Shown: in pieces, positions 36,422 through 46,743 of the stretch
Numbering within the stretch: the first letter of the stretch is position 1
How the letters are laid out: the number at the start of each line of letters is the position of its first letter
Assembly (NCBI GenBank): GCA_001029775.1
Contig: CP011215.1
Location: forward strand, 554,303 to 618,302
Reading direction: 5' to 3'
From: Candidatus Campbellbacteria bacterium GW2011_OD1_34_28
Lineage (GTDB): Bacteria > Patescibacteriota > Minisyncoccia > Phycocordibacterales > UBA12079
Length of the DNA: 64,000 nucleotides
The notes under the pieces: model-generated
Databases searched by the model: none
Seen by the model: the letters and a program-made list of their open reading frames with translations, nothing else
What the model was told of the DNA's origin: nothing
Made by a program: the position numbers and the translations under genes

Positions 36422-38662
36422 TTATTCAGAATCTTCTTCAACAACAGGTTCTTCTGTATTTGTATCTGTATTTGTATTTGTATCTTCTTGAAGAGTTGCT
36501 GAATTTTTGAAACCCGCAAAAGGAGTTGCTCCTGACTCAAGATTTTCCAAAACTGCTTTTATTTCTGCACTGTCTGGGTTCAACATTTCCAAATCTTTAA
36601 ATTGAAGTATTGCATCATCTACCCTGTCCAAATTGTAATAAGTTAATCCCAAGAAATATTTTGCATCTGAGTAATATGGTTGCAAGATAACTGCCCTTTC
36701 CAAAGCAATAACCGCATTGCTGTAATTCTTTGTATTGTATTCAAGAACACCCAATGTAAATACCAAAGCTGGATTTTGTGGGTTTAAATTGATCGCTGTT
36801 AGATAAGAATTGACTGCCTGCTCGTATGCTCCCTGAACATCAAACATGATAATTGTTTCATAAACTCTTCCCAAAGAAACCCAGTTTTGATAATTTGTTG
36901 CATCAATCTGAGTAGATTTGACCGCATTTTCTACCGCCTGTCCCAAAATTGTTTGGAATTGAGCTTGCATTTCTTCTTCTGACAGATCTGTTTTCGACAT
37001 CAAATTTTGTAATTTAACCAAAGCCAATTCTGACAGAAATCTGTAATAAGCATCACCATTTGAAAGATTTACAGCTTTAATAATTTTTGCCTCAACATCA
37101 TCCAACACAACATCTTCTTTATTTAATTCAAGCAATCCTTTTTGAGAATAAGCTGACGCAGAGAATTTTTGAATTACAGTATATCCTGTTACTAAAGAAA
37201 CGAGGATTAAGAAAATTAAAACCAAAACTAAAACAAAATTGTGTTTTTGATTTTTAGCAAAAGAAATCTTTTTTGTTTCAAAAATACCGTTTTGAATTAA
37301 TAAAGCAACCAGCACTCCTGTAAACACAAAAGTTAGTGTTAATATTGTGTGAGACGGTATATAAATGATAGAAAACAACCAAAGATAAACAGTTGTTAAA
37401 AATGATAACGGTAACAAATAACCTTCTGCTTTATCTGCCTTTGGCAAAAATACGGCTTTAAATCCTGAGGTAAATAACATTCCTAAGAATATAATCCATA
37501 ATACAAAACCTAACAATCCAACTGTTACAATAGATGACAGAATAAAGCTATACCCGCTGTTAAAATCAACATTCCAAAATTGAGTGTTGTTTAAAGAAGC
37601 TGGTTTGTATTGCAACCATTGATTAACAAATCTGTTTGGACCTGCTCCCAGTAATGCAGATTTTGTCTTTAGTGTTTCTTTTGCGATACTCCATGTTCCC
37701 AAAGGTGTCAATTTTAGTTCGGAACTAGATATTTCAAAATAAGTACCCAATGTTTCGCCTAAGCTAACATTGTCAGTAGTATTCCTGTCGCCATAATTTC
37801 CTAAAACTATTGCGACAGCTATTACCATCACAAGAAATGATATTGCGGGAATTCTTTTCATTTTCAACCCTGCAGGAGCTTCAATTGAGAATTTGTTTGC
37901 CGAAATGATATAAGCCACCAGAACGAACGAAAAGGCCCCCAAAACTATCCAAACGGTATTAAAGTTTACCAATGCTACAAAGAAAAGAGAGATCAAAAGA
38001 ACAATGTAACTTAAAAACTTTACCAATTTACTTTGATTTACAAATTCTATTGTTACTAAAGAAAGAACTGCTGTTAAACCAAAGAAGACAGACAATTCAT
38101 TCCATTTTCCGATTAAATTTGAAGATGAAGATGTAAGAACACCAAAACTCAAAAATTCAGGACCAATTAAAAGTCTCAAACCTTGATAAATAGCTACCAA
38201 GAAAAACGAAATGAAAAACAGGAAGAATAAATAATATGCTCTTTCTTTTGTTTTTACGATTGAAGATGCTAAAAACATTAACAAAAAGAAAGTTACAACA
38301 TAAAAAGAGGTTCCTATTTCAAACCCTTGTCCGATAAATGATGTTGTTGCTGCTCCGGAAAGTAGCGACGAAACCAAATAAACAACAGGTAAAGCAACTG
38401 CTGTAAGTAATACAGGATTTTTTGAATAAATAAATTCCGAATCTTTTAACCTGTCCATCAACCAAATGATTGCCAAGATCATGACTGCCAGAGAAATCAT
38501 TATTCCTTTGCTAAAATAAAAAGAAAAAGATGGAAAAGGAATGAAAAATATTGGAATTAATAAAACTAATCCGGACAAAAGAAAGGCTGAGATTTTTGTA
38601 TGATCAGCTTTCACCGAAACTTCTGAACCTTTATCAGTTTTCGATTTTCTAAAATTAAACAT
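36422..38662 (-). CDS. O-antigen ligase-like polytopic membrane protein with C-terminal TPR repeats
   Basis: 746 aa. Many TM helices (Wzy_C-like), then TPR repeats. C-terminal TNTNTDTNT low-complexity tail. Confidence 0.6.
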   Translation of the reverse strand: MFNFRKSKTDKGSEVSVKADHTKISAFLLSGLVLLIPIFFIPFPSFSFYFSKGIMISLAVMILAIIWLMDRLKDSEFIYSKNPVLLTAVALPVVYLVSSLLSGAATTSFIGQGFEIGTSFYVVTFFLLMFLASSIVKTKERAYYLFFLFFISFFLVAIYQGLRLLIGPEFLSFGVLTSSSSNLIGKWNELSVFFGLTAVLSLVTIEFVNQSKLVKFLSYIVLLISLFFVALVNFNTVWIVLGAFSFVLVAYIISANKFSIEAPAGLKMKRIPAISFLVMVIAVAIVLGNYGDRNTTDNVSLGETLGTYFEISSSELKLTPLGTWSIAKETLKTKSALLGAGPNRFVNQWLQYKPASLNNTQFWNVDFNSGYSFILSSIVTVGLLGFVLWIIFLGMLFTSGFKAVFLPKADKAEGYLLPLSFLTTVYLWLFSIIYIPSHTILTLTFVFTGVLVALLIQNGIFETKKISFAKNQKHNFVLVLVLIFLILVSLVTGYTVIQKFSASAYSQKGLLELNKEDVVLDDVEAKIIKAVNLSNGDAYYRFLSELALVKLQNLMSKTDLSEEEMQAQFQTILGQAVENAVKSTQIDATNYQNWVSLGRVYETIIMFDVQGAYEQAVNSYLTAINLNPQNPALVFTLGVLEYNTKNYSNAVIALERAVILQPYYSDAKYFLGLTYYNLDRVDDAILQFKDLEMLNPDSAEIKAVLENLESGATPFAGFKNSATLQEDTNTNTDTNTEEPVVEEDSE

Positions 38663-38803
38663 GATTTAAATAATTTATTTTATTAATAATAAAAAACACC
38701 ATTTTATGTGCGTATTTTGTTTTATTATAGTAGAAAAAAAGAAACAAGCCAACTGGCAAACACTGGATAATTAACAAGCCCCAATAAACAAAATCAAAAC
38801 AGA

Positions 38804-39991
38804 TTATTTAATTTTTAGTTTCCCTATTTTTCTTCCCAATCTAACGATTCTTTCACCTTTATCCAAAATATAGTTTATATCCGTTACTTTTTCATCGTCC
38901 AGCTTTACAGCACCCTCTTGAATTTTCCTTCGTGCTTCGCTGTTTGAAGAAGCAAAACCTATTTGATGCAAAACAACCAGAATTCCCTCCCCTGCTTTTA
39001 TTTTAAATTCTTGAACATTTTCGGGTACGGCGCCTTTTTGAAATTGGGTTTCAAAATTGTCTTTTGCTTTTTGTGCGTCTTTTTCCGAATGATAAAATCT
39101 GACAATTTCATATGCTAATTTCATTTTATAGTCTTTTGGATTTGCGCCATTATTCATTTCTACTTCATATTTTCTGATTTCTTTCATATCTACCCTAGTA
39201 AGCAAAGTAAAATATCGAATAATAAATTCATCTTTCAAAGACATCAATTTTCCAAACATCTCATCTGGTGAATCAAACAAGTTTACCGTATTTCCCCAAC
39301 TAGAGCTCATTTTTCTACCGTCCAAACCCTCTATCAAAGGGTTGGTAATGATATTTTGAGGTTCTTGTTTGTAGGCTTTTTGCAAAGTCCTACCAGCCAA
39401 CACATTAAATTTTTGATCTGTTCCGCCCAATTCAACATCGGCTTTTACTTTTACAGAGTCATAAGCCTGCATCAAAGGATACAAAAGTTCACGCAAAACT
39501 ATTCTTTTTCCACCATCTAGTCGTTTGCTAATATTTTCTCTGGAAATAAATTCGTTTAAGGAAAATTGGTCTGCCTGAAAACCGATCTCACCATAACCCA
39601 ATTTACCCAACCACTTGCTGTTGTAATAGATTTCTGCTTTTTTCATATCAACTATTTTCCCAGCTTGAGCAATATAATTTTTCAAATTTTTTTTGATTGT
39701 TTCTTGCTCCAACATTGGTCTTTCGCTTTCTTTGTCAGAAGTGTCCCCTATTGTTCCTGTAAAATCACCGATGATAAAGACGGCCTGATGACCTAGTTCT
39801 TGAAAATCTCTCAATTTTAAAAGAGGAATAGAGCGACCCAAGTGAATATTTGGACTGGTCGGATCAATCCCCAATTTAATTCTTAATTTTTTTCCACTCT
39901 CAAGTTTTTTCTTTAAATCATCAAAACTGATTATTTCTTCTGTACCACGACTTAAAAGTTCTTTTATTTTTTCATTGTCTATTTTTTTCAT
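38804..39991 (-). CDS. tyrS: tyrosyl-tRNA synthetase
   Basis: 395 aa. GIDPTSPNIHLG HIGH-type motif, KMSSS KMSKS-type motif, C-terminal S4-like domain. Confidence 0.75.
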   Translation of the reverse strand: MKKIDNEKIKELLSRGTEEIISFDDLKKKLESGKKLRIKLGIDPTSPNIHLGRSIPLLKLRDFQELGHQAVFIIGDFTGTIGDTSDKESERPMLEQETIKKNLKNYIAQAGKIVDMKKAEIYYNSKWLGKLGYGEIGFQADQFSLNEFISRENISKRLDGGKRIVLRELLYPLMQAYDSVKVKADVELGGTDQKFNVLAGRTLQKAYKQEPQNIITNPLIEGLDGRKMSSSWGNTVNLFDSPDEMFGKLMSLKDEFIIRYFTLLTRVDMKEIRKYEVEMNNGANPKDYKMKLAYEIVRFYHSEKDAQKAKDNFETQFQKGAVPENVQEFKIKAGEGILVVLHQIGFASSNSEARRKIQEGAVKLDDEKVTDINYILDKGERIVRLGRKIGKLKIK

Positions 39992-40209
39992 TTTTTTATA
40001 TATTCAGAACTTAGGAAATAGTGTTTAAGAGTATAAAATACAGCTTAAACCCTCCACCCTAAATCCTATGTCCTATTAAGTTTATCTTTATATGCTACCA
40101 CCCTATTAAAGAGTGTCAATTTAAGAAAATAATATCTTTTCAACATCTTTAAATATCAAATTTTAAAATATTGCGATATAATCTTAAAAATTAAGCTAAA
40201 TATTTAATT

Positions 40210-41010
40210 ATGAATTTTGAAGGGCAATTTAATGTAAGAAAAAAAATAGTAACAAAAGGTGGGATTTTTGAAATTATTGACATAACACCAGAAAATGAAA
40301 CTGGCATTCCGGTGTTTCTTTCATCTGGCTGGGCATCAACACCAGAACTTCTTAAACCTCTTTTAAAAACAATCAGTGATAATAATCGCAGAATTATAAC
40401 TGTCGACTTCAAAAAGTTTGATAAAATAAATACAAAAAACCAAAGAGGTATCGCCAGAGAAAAACTAAAGTCTCAGGCAATATTGGAAGTAGCAAAAATA
40501 TTAGAAATAGAAAAACTAGACATAATAGGCCATTCAGAGGGTGCTGTCTATACTACATTTGCCGTAGAAGACAATCCATCAATATTCAAAAACTTTCTTT
40601 TAATAGCTCCCGCAGGAATGACATACGATCAGTCATTTTTAGAAACAGCCTCAAAATTTATCCTTGATACATTATTATGGCCGATCAAAAAAATAAAAAA
40701 GAAAAATAGGCCTTTTTATCATATTCTTCAAAACACCAAATTCTTTATCTTAAATCCCATCCAATCTCTTCAAGAAGGTTATGGATTATCAAAAATTTTT
40801 ATTGCAAAAAAAATTGGTTTTATTATTAAAAATGGAGTCAATGTTAATTTAATATATTTTAACGAAGATTTGATTTTTCCATGTGAAGAAATGCGACAAA
40901 ATGCCGAAATTCATAATATCCCTATTTGTTTAATTGAAGGGTCTCACAATTTTATCTACTCAAAACCAGATATATTTTGGGATAAAATTAAGAGTTATAT
41001 AGAGGAGTAG
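40210..41010 (+). CDS. alpha/beta hydrolase
   Basis: 266 aa. GHSEGA nucleophile elbow (GxSxG). Confidence 0.6.
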   Translation: MNFEGQFNVRKKIVTKGGIFEIIDITPENETGIPVFLSSGWASTPELLKPLLKTISDNNRRIITVDFKKFDKINTKNQRGIAREKLKSQAILEVAKILEIEKLDIIGHSEGAVYTTFAVEDNPSIFKNFLLIAPAGMTYDQSFLETASKFILDTLLWPIKKIKKKNRPFYHILQNTKFFILNPIQSLQEGYGLSKIFIAKKIGFIIKNGVNVNLIYFNEDLIFPCEEMRQNAEIHNIPICLIEGSHNFIYSKPDIFWDKIKSYIEE

Positions 41011-41063
41011 AGTATATTTTTTAAAATATTGGCATGGTTTTTTAAATTGATTTTTTATTACAA

Positions 41064-42293
41064 TTAAAACTTGATTTTATCTGAGCCTTTTCCAAATACA
41101 ACAATATTTGATTTCTTGATATCAAAAATTTGTTTTGAAAAATTTTTAATATAATCAGAATCAATTTCTTTTAGCTCTACTAGATCGTCTTTTAATAAAG
41201 TAACATTATTATGAAAAAGAAGATCGTTTGAAATCCAATTTAACCGTTTCATATTGTCGACAAAAGATTTTTCCAATCTATCTTTTTGCATTTTTCTCAA
41301 TTTCAAAATATCACTTTTTGAAATACCATCTTTTTCAAGATTATTTAAAAAATTTAAAATACCTTTTTTTAAAACAGGGATCTTTTCTCTGTCTATTTCT
41401 GCGGACAAGACAATAATACCGGCGTTTTTCCATATCATTCGGTCCAAAGAAACCGAATATACACCAATTTCTCTCATTTCTTTCGCAAAATAAAATTTTT
41501 GATCCTCTAGATAATCTCTTATCATAGTTAAGGTCTTTAAATCTTTATGAGATCTGCAAATTTTAATTGGCAGATTAAAGCATAAATTAAAAACTAACTC
41601 ATTATTCCAATGATATTTTGAATTTTTTACCAACTTATTTTTTTGAAATTCTGAAATTTTAACTTTTGCCGATCCTTTGCCATGTTTTGAAAGTTTGTGA
41701 CCTTTAACAAGATCAGATATTTTTTTCTCTATATTTTTATCCAATTCGTAACCAGATAATACGAAAAATATATTCTTTTCATTAAATACTTTTTCGTAAT
41801 GATTTTTAAGGTCGAATAGTTTAACATTTTTTGTATTTACAATTTGATTTTTTTTATCTCTTGCATACAAAAAATTATCACCAAAATTTTGTTTTAATAA
41901 AAAATTAAAAGCATCAATTTTTATATCTTTTTTTGAACGAATTTCGTTTTCTATAACACTCTTCTCCCTTTTCAAAAGATTCTCATTATCAAATTTTGGC
42001 AACAAGATACCTTTTAAAAGGATTTCAATATCTCTAACAGCATTTTTGGTATCGGACTTTACATAGTAATTCATAAAATCACTATTTATTGAACCGTTTA
42101 CAAATTCCAGTTTTTCTTTATTTGGAACAGATTCAACCAAATAATGCTCTAATAAATGGCCAATTCCAAACTCTTTTTCAGATTCATTGAAATAACCTAA
42201 TTTTGAATAAATATCAAAATAAACCTCCTTTGTTTTATTCGGAAAATTTACTATATAAAAATTATTTGATATTTTTTTGAATGGTTTTTTCAT
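41064..42293 (-). CDS. M16-family (pitrilysin-like) peptidase
   Basis: 409 aa. HLLEHYL inverted zinc-binding HxxEH motif. Confidence 0.6.
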   Translation of the reverse strand: MKKPFKKISNNFYIVNFPNKTKEVYFDIYSKLGYFNESEKEFGIGHLLEHYLVESVPNKEKLEFVNGSINSDFMNYYVKSDTKNAVRDIEILLKGILLPKFDNENLLKREKSVIENEIRSKKDIKIDAFNFLLKQNFGDNFLYARDKKNQIVNTKNVKLFDLKNHYEKVFNEKNIFFVLSGYELDKNIEKKISDLVKGHKLSKHGKGSAKVKISEFQKNKLVKNSKYHWNNELVFNLCFNLPIKICRSHKDLKTLTMIRDYLEDQKFYFAKEMREIGVYSVSLDRMIWKNAGIIVLSAEIDREKIPVLKKGILNFLNNLEKDGISKSDILKLRKMQKDRLEKSFVDNMKRLNWISNDLLFHNNVTLLKDDLVELKEIDSDYIKNFSKQIFDIKKSNIVVFGKGSDKIKF

Positions 42294-42371
42294 ATTTATT
42301 TATATTCGTTAATTTAAATTAATTATATGACAAATATAAACAAAAACACAGCCAACGGCTGTGTTTGAATA

Positions 42372-42573
42372 TTATTTTCCTTTTCTGCCGGCATTTGGTC
42401 CGATATGAATTTCCTTTACCGAACCAGAAGGTTTGTCGATTTTGACAATGTCGTGAGAATGAGGACGGTCTTCCGAAGAAATTCTTTCGGTTTTATGATT
42501 GTCCCCAGAATCAGTAACCTTCATTTTTGACCCATCATCACTGTTTCCACTGAACCACCCCATCTTTCTATCT
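42372..42573 (-). CDS. small hydrophilic Gly/Ser/Asp-rich protein (GC-rich cargo, family-2 leader)
   Basis: Start MGWFSG at 42573 with RBS ggaga. 66 aa. G+C-rich. Confidence 0.45.
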
Positions 42574-42720
42574 CCAAATAGCCAATGGATTTTCGGGCAA
42601 CATTGCCCAAGAACTAATTTGTTAAAATAGTAACATAAAAACAAAATAAATCAACGATTTTGTGTAGTCTTTTCAACATCCATTTTTGAAGATTTTGGGG
42701 TATTAGTTTTTGTATTTTGA
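42574..42720 (-). promoter_or_regulatory. family-2 conserved promoter plus leader (copy 2 at 45194-45345)
   Basis: About 110 nt near-identical in both copies: cccaagaactaattt.ttaaaatagtaaca.aaa.acaaa.taaatcaacgattttgtgtagtcttttcaacatccatttttgaagattttggggtat. Each ends with RBS plus the ATG of an unrelated G+C-rich ORF. Confidence 0.55.
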
Positions 42721-43050
42721 TTGTAAATATTCCAAAATCCCTTGTTTTATAAACCAAGTAAAATATTCAGAAAAAATAAAAATTTTTCCTTCACCTCTTT
42801 CCATTATCTCAATTTTTTCCATATATTTTTTTATGGCAAAATCTAAATGTATCCACCCACTCTTTAAAACTATTTCCCTATCTTCAATTACAATACCGTT
42901 TTCTATTTCAAACTCATCAATAAATTTATTCCCAACAGAAAAAACCAAAGGTTTAAGATAATCTATAATTTTTATTTCTCCATTCTCAGATTCCGAAGTG
43001 TCTCGAATCAAAGCGAGCTCTTTTTGCAATTTTTTATCATAAAAATCCAT
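42703..43050 (-). CDS. hypothetical protein
   Basis: 115-aa ORF with AT-rich backbone composition. Confidence 0.35.
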   Translation of the reverse strand: MDFYDKKLQKELALIRDTSESENGEIKIIDYLKPLVFSVGNKFIDEFEIENGIVIEDREIVLKSGWIHLDFAIKKYMEKIEIMERGEGKIFIFSEYFTWFIKQGILEYLQSKYKN

Positions 43051-43109
43051 TAATTAAATATTATCATAAAAATAACTGGACTAACACGCTCGTCCAGTTA
43101 TCTAAAAAA

Positions 43110-43280
43110 TCATCCCCCCTCTTTGGGATCGGGCAAATTTTCTGCCCAACTTGGGGGTTCGCTGGGAATGGGATTATTTCCGGTTTCCACAGCATCAGCG
43201 ATATAATCAATCAGTGCTTCTTTTTCTGCCTCATTCTTCGGGGTAGAACATCCACCACCAAAAAAATCAAAAAGTCCCAC
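43110..43280 (-). CDS. small protein (56 aa, below the ORF-track cutoff; GC-rich cargo)
   Basis: RBS aaaggaggtg plus GTG at 43280. Terminator hairpin taactggac..gtccagtta at about 43060-43100. Upstream TTGAAA-17-TATTAT promoter. The leader shares tagttcttgg and ttgaaatacaaaa motifs with family-1/2 leaders. Confidence 0.35.
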   Translation of the reverse strand: MGLFDFFGGGCSTPKNEAEKEALIDYIADAVETGNNPIPSEPPSWAENLPDPKEGG

Positions 43281-43393
43281 AAAATCACCTCCTTTTTGGA
43301 AATATCCAGTTTAGATTTTGTATTTCAACCAAGAACTATTTGAATAAATAATACCAAGAACATATGTCATTTTCAATATTCTTAAATATCAAA

Positions 43394-43894
43394 TTATTGA
43401 AGAATATTACGATGATTTTTATTTTTTAAAACTACAACAGGACAGCCGATTTGTTTTCCCAACATATCAGATGTTTGTTTCATTATCTCCAACTCTTCCG
43501 AACCTATGTAAATAGTGGTTTTACAATATTTTTTAAAATCTTTTATACTCAAATTTTTAATCTCAGCAATTCTTTTCTTTCCTGTTATATTTAATATCGT
43601 CTTTCTATATAATTTTAAAACCTCGTTAAAAAAGGGAGACGGTGAAATTATTTCTAATTTCTTTGGCTTAACATCTTTTGCAACAAGCAAAGCTATTATT
43701 CCACCAACAGAAAATCCGACTAATAAATCAACACTGTCATTTCCTATACATTTTTTAGTTTCAGCAATCCAATCTTTTATTAAATTAAATTTCCACTTTA
43801 AAGAAACATATTTAATATCAAAATCGGGATATTTTTTTACAATATGCTTTTTGTATTCTTTTGCATCTAACGCAACAAAAACTAATTTTTTCAT
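43394..43894 (-). CDS. small alpha/beta-hydrolase-like protein
   Basis: 166 aa. GFSVGG nucleophile-elbow-like motif. Confidence 0.4.
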   Translation of the reverse strand: MKKLVFVALDAKEYKKHIVKKYPDFDIKYVSLKWKFNLIKDWIAETKKCIGNDSVDLLVGFSVGGIIALLVAKDVKPKKLEIISPSPFFNEVLKLYRKTILNITGKKRIAEIKNLSIKDFKKYCKTTIYIGSEELEIMKQTSDMLGKQIGCPVVVLKNKNHRNILQ

Positions 43895-43920
43895 AATTTT
43901 AATTATATAAAAAAATGAAT

Positions 43921-44388
43921 TTATTTATCGAAATTTTTTAAATATTCATCGACTGATTCTAGCCCCATTTCATTTCTTCTTTTATCCAAATTGTTCATGT
44001 CTTCCACCTCAAATAATTCTACTTTTCCGCATTCATTTTTCTTTATTTGGGTACCATACAACTGAGGACTTCCTTCCCCTATCCTTATTTTATCAATGAA
44101 ATAAGCTTTGTATTTTAAATCAATTTCATCAGATGGTGCCTTTTCTATTTCTAAAAAAATCTTTTTCAAATGTTCTAATGGCAGATGAAGACTTAGGGAT
44201 ATTCCGGCTCTGTATTCTTCATCAGAAACAGAATTTTTAAATGGGAAACCGTTTACTAAAATGTAATTAAAAAATTCTTCTGAAATTTTTTTAGAAACAT
44301 TTTTAAAAACATCGAAATTAATTCTCCCCTCTTTAAAATCTTTAATATTTCTTTGATCTTTTTCGGATAATTCTAAAAAGGTCACCAT
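43921..44388 (-). CDS. hypothetical protein
   Basis: 155-aa ORF between two paralogous small hydrolase genes. Confidence 0.4.
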   Translation of the reverse strand: MVTFLELSEKDQRNIKDFKEGRINFDVFKNVSKKISEEFFNYILVNGFPFKNSVSDEEYRAGISLSLHLPLEHLKKIFLEIEKAPSDEIDLKYKAYFIDKIRIGEGSPQLYGTQIKKNECGKVELFEVEDMNNLDKRRNEMGLESVDEYLKNFDK

Positions 44389-44392
44389 ATAA

Positions 44393-44875
44393 TTAAATTA
44401 TTTTTTTAATTTCTTTCAGATAATTAGCAGTGAGTTCATGTTGAGTGTCTTTAACCAAAATATCACCATCTTCTTCTTCAAGATCTCCGTATATTATTGT
44501 TTGTTTTTTTGCTTTATGTTTGGGATCAAGTTTTTTTACAACATCATTCACAAATTTTGCTCCCAATAAATCAACTAATGCTTTCTTAATTTTTTTATCT
44601 TTCCAAGAATAGTGGGGTGTCATAGATGCCAATATTATATGTTCACATTTATATTCTTGAGCAACCAGCCACGCCAAAACCGCACCCAGTGAAAAACCAA
44701 AAATAATATCATTGTCTGAAACAGAAAAGATCTGTTGTGATAATTTTTTATTCCAATCAATATTTTTAAATACAACTTCATACCCCTTATCTTTTGCAAT
44801 CTTTCTCAGCAATTGATATGGTCTTCTTTTGGTTGTTTCTTCAAAACCTGGGATTATATATATTTTTTTCTCCAT
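44393..44875 (-). CDS. small alpha/beta-hydrolase-like protein (paralog of 43394..43894)
   Basis: 160 aa. GFSLGA motif. Confidence 0.4.
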   Translation of the reverse strand: MEKKIYIIPGFEETTKRRPYQLLRKIAKDKGYEVVFKNIDWNKKLSQQIFSVSDNDIIFGFSLGAVLAWLVAQEYKCEHIILASMTPHYSWKDKKIKKALVDLLGAKFVNDVVKKLDPKHKAKKQTIIYGDLEEEDGDILVKDTQHELTANYLKEIKKII

Positions 44876-44983
44876 AAAATTTTAATTCGATAAATCTATT
44901 ATAAATCAACAGAGGGCGAGTAAACTTGCGGTCTACTCGCCCTCAATGTTTGTGTACTACATTCCCAGCAATTCCTCCGACCG

Positions 44984-45193
44984 TCAGAATTCGTTGCCTT
45001 TGACCCCTTGGACAAACGCGTTCCATTCATCATGAGAGAAGAAAAGAGTTTGCTTGCTCTGGTCCTTGCTGTCCCGGACAGCGACACCTTCAGGCTTGAT
45101 GGCCACCATAACGCAGGTCTTCGGGTTGTTTCTTGACCATGACGATTTTTTGAAATCGCTGTCATGAACCACAAAATCTTTTTTACTGTCCAT
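44984..45193 (-). CDS. DUF397-like protein (Actinobacteria-type; GC-rich cargo, family-2 leader)
   Basis: 69 aa. RBS aaggaggtag plus ATG. WSRNNPKTCVMVA...VAVRDSKDQSKQTLFFSHDEWNAFVQGVKGNEF matches the DUF397 pattern as recalled, a family typical of Streptomyces. Strongly G+C-rich. Confidence 0.5.
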   Translation of the reverse strand: MDSKKDFVVHDSDFKKSSWSRNNPKTCVMVAIKPEGVAVRDSKDQSKQTLFFSHDEWNAFVQGVKGNEF

Positions 45194-45345
45194 TTTCTAC
45201 CTCCTTAGGCAATTATGGATTTCGCGGGCAATATCGCCCAAGAACTAATTTATTAAAATAGTAACACAAATACAAATTAAATCAACGATTTTGTGTAGTC
45301 TTTTCAACATCCATTTTTGAAGATTTTGGGGTATAATTTTAGGAT

Positions 45346-46089
45346 ATGAAAGAGACTATCTCTAAAATACCGGTTAACGACAAAAGAAACACCCACATTG
45401 ACTGTAAAAGCGACACCATTCCAATTAAATTCTCGTATTTTTTAATCAGAAAAATATTTGGACCAATTGTTAAATTAATCTGGGTTAAAAAAGTAACAGG
45501 ATTACATAATATTCCTTTGAAAGGACCTGTATTAGTTGCCTTTAATCATCAAAGTTACTTTGACTTTATTTGTTTTATTGCTATATCGCCCAGAAATGTT
45601 CACTATCTCTCGGCGGAAAAATTTTTTACCAATGCTCTTTGGTTGCCACTAATGAGAATAACTGGACAAATTGAGGTAAAAAGGACAAGTAAAGACAAAA
45701 GAGAAGTTCATAATCTGGTTAATGAACATTTACGCAGAGGCTTTATGATTGGAATATTTCCGGAAGGAACGCGAAATCCAGATGAAACACAAATGTTAAA
45801 GGCTTTTACCGGTGTAGCAAAATATGCATCATTAAATTGTATTCCGGTAATACCTGTTGGAATAAAACATGCTGAAAAAGTGATGAATCGTTACGATAAA
45901 AAACCAAAATTCAAAAAAATAATAGAGTTTCATATTGGGGATCCTATTCATTTTCACCCATACACTGACAGGGCAAAACTCAACAAAAAATCAATAAGAA
46001 CATTAACAACAAAAATAATGCTTCGAATAGAAAAATTATCAGGTAAACCTTATCCTCACAGAGAAAAATGGGAAACAATAACGGCATAG
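45346..46089 (+). CDS. plsC: 1-acyl-sn-glycerol-3-phosphate acyltransferase
   Basis: 247 aa. NHQSYFD (HX4D) and FPEGTR motifs. Confidence 0.75.
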   Translation: MKETISKIPVNDKRNTHIDCKSDTIPIKFSYFLIRKIFGPIVKLIWVKKVTGLHNIPLKGPVLVAFNHQSYFDFICFIAISPRNVHYLSAEKFFTNALWLPLMRITGQIEVKRTSKDKREVHNLVNEHLRRGFMIGIFPEGTRNPDETQMLKAFTGVAKYASLNCIPVIPVGIKHAEKVMNRYDKKPKFKKIIEFHIGDPIHFHPYTDRAKLNKKSIRTLTTKIMLRIEKLSGKPYPHREKWETITA

Positions 46090-46742
46090 TAATATTTGAT
46101 GTCGACGACACTTTAATAAAAGGTCAAAGTCAAAAAATTTTCATAGATTATCTATTCAGAAAAAAGATGATCTCTCTTTTCGTTTATTTAAAAATAATTA
46201 TCTGGTTTTTATTATATAAAATTGGCTTGGTAAGCAATCCGAAATCAATTGCAAAGTACTCTTTCAAATTATTCAAAGGTAAAACGGAACAAGAAATAAA
46301 AAATATTTCAAAATCTTTTTTTGAAGAGTCTCTAAAAAATTATTTTTATCAGGATGCTTTAAGAATATTAGATGATCATAAAAAAAATAACAGAAAAATA
46401 ATTTTATTATCAAATGCAATAGAAATCATAATTAAAGAAATCGCTGAATATGTTGAAGTAGAAAATTACATTTGCACAAAATTAGAAATTAAAGACGGTC
46501 TTTACACGGGTAAAATTGACGGAGATACAACCTTTGGAAAAAACAAGGTAAAAAAACTAGAAGATTTTTTGAAGGGAAAAAACCTATCCCTCCAAAATCA
46601 AGAAAACTGGGGATACGGCGACCATCCATCAGATATTTTTGTGTTAAAATTAGTTAAATATCCATTTATTATCAACCCCGATAAAAAAATGCAAAATATA
46701 GCAAACAAAAATAAATGGAGTATATTAATTTTTAATAAATAA
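46068..46742 (+). CDS. HAD-superfamily hydrolase (subfamily IB-like)
   Basis: 224 aa. IVIFDVDDTLIKG motif I. Confidence 0.65.
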   Translation: MGNNNGIVIFDVDDTLIKGQSQKIFIDYLFRKKMISLFVYLKIIIWFLLYKIGLVSNPKSIAKYSFKLFKGKTEQEIKNISKSFFEESLKNYFYQDALRILDDHKKNNRKIILLSNAIEIIIKEIAEYVEVENYICTKLEIKDGLYTGKIDGDTTFGKNKVKKLEDFLKGKNLSLQNQENWGYGDHPSDIFVLKLVKYPFIINPDKKMQNIANKNKWSILIFNK

Positions 46743-46743
46743 A

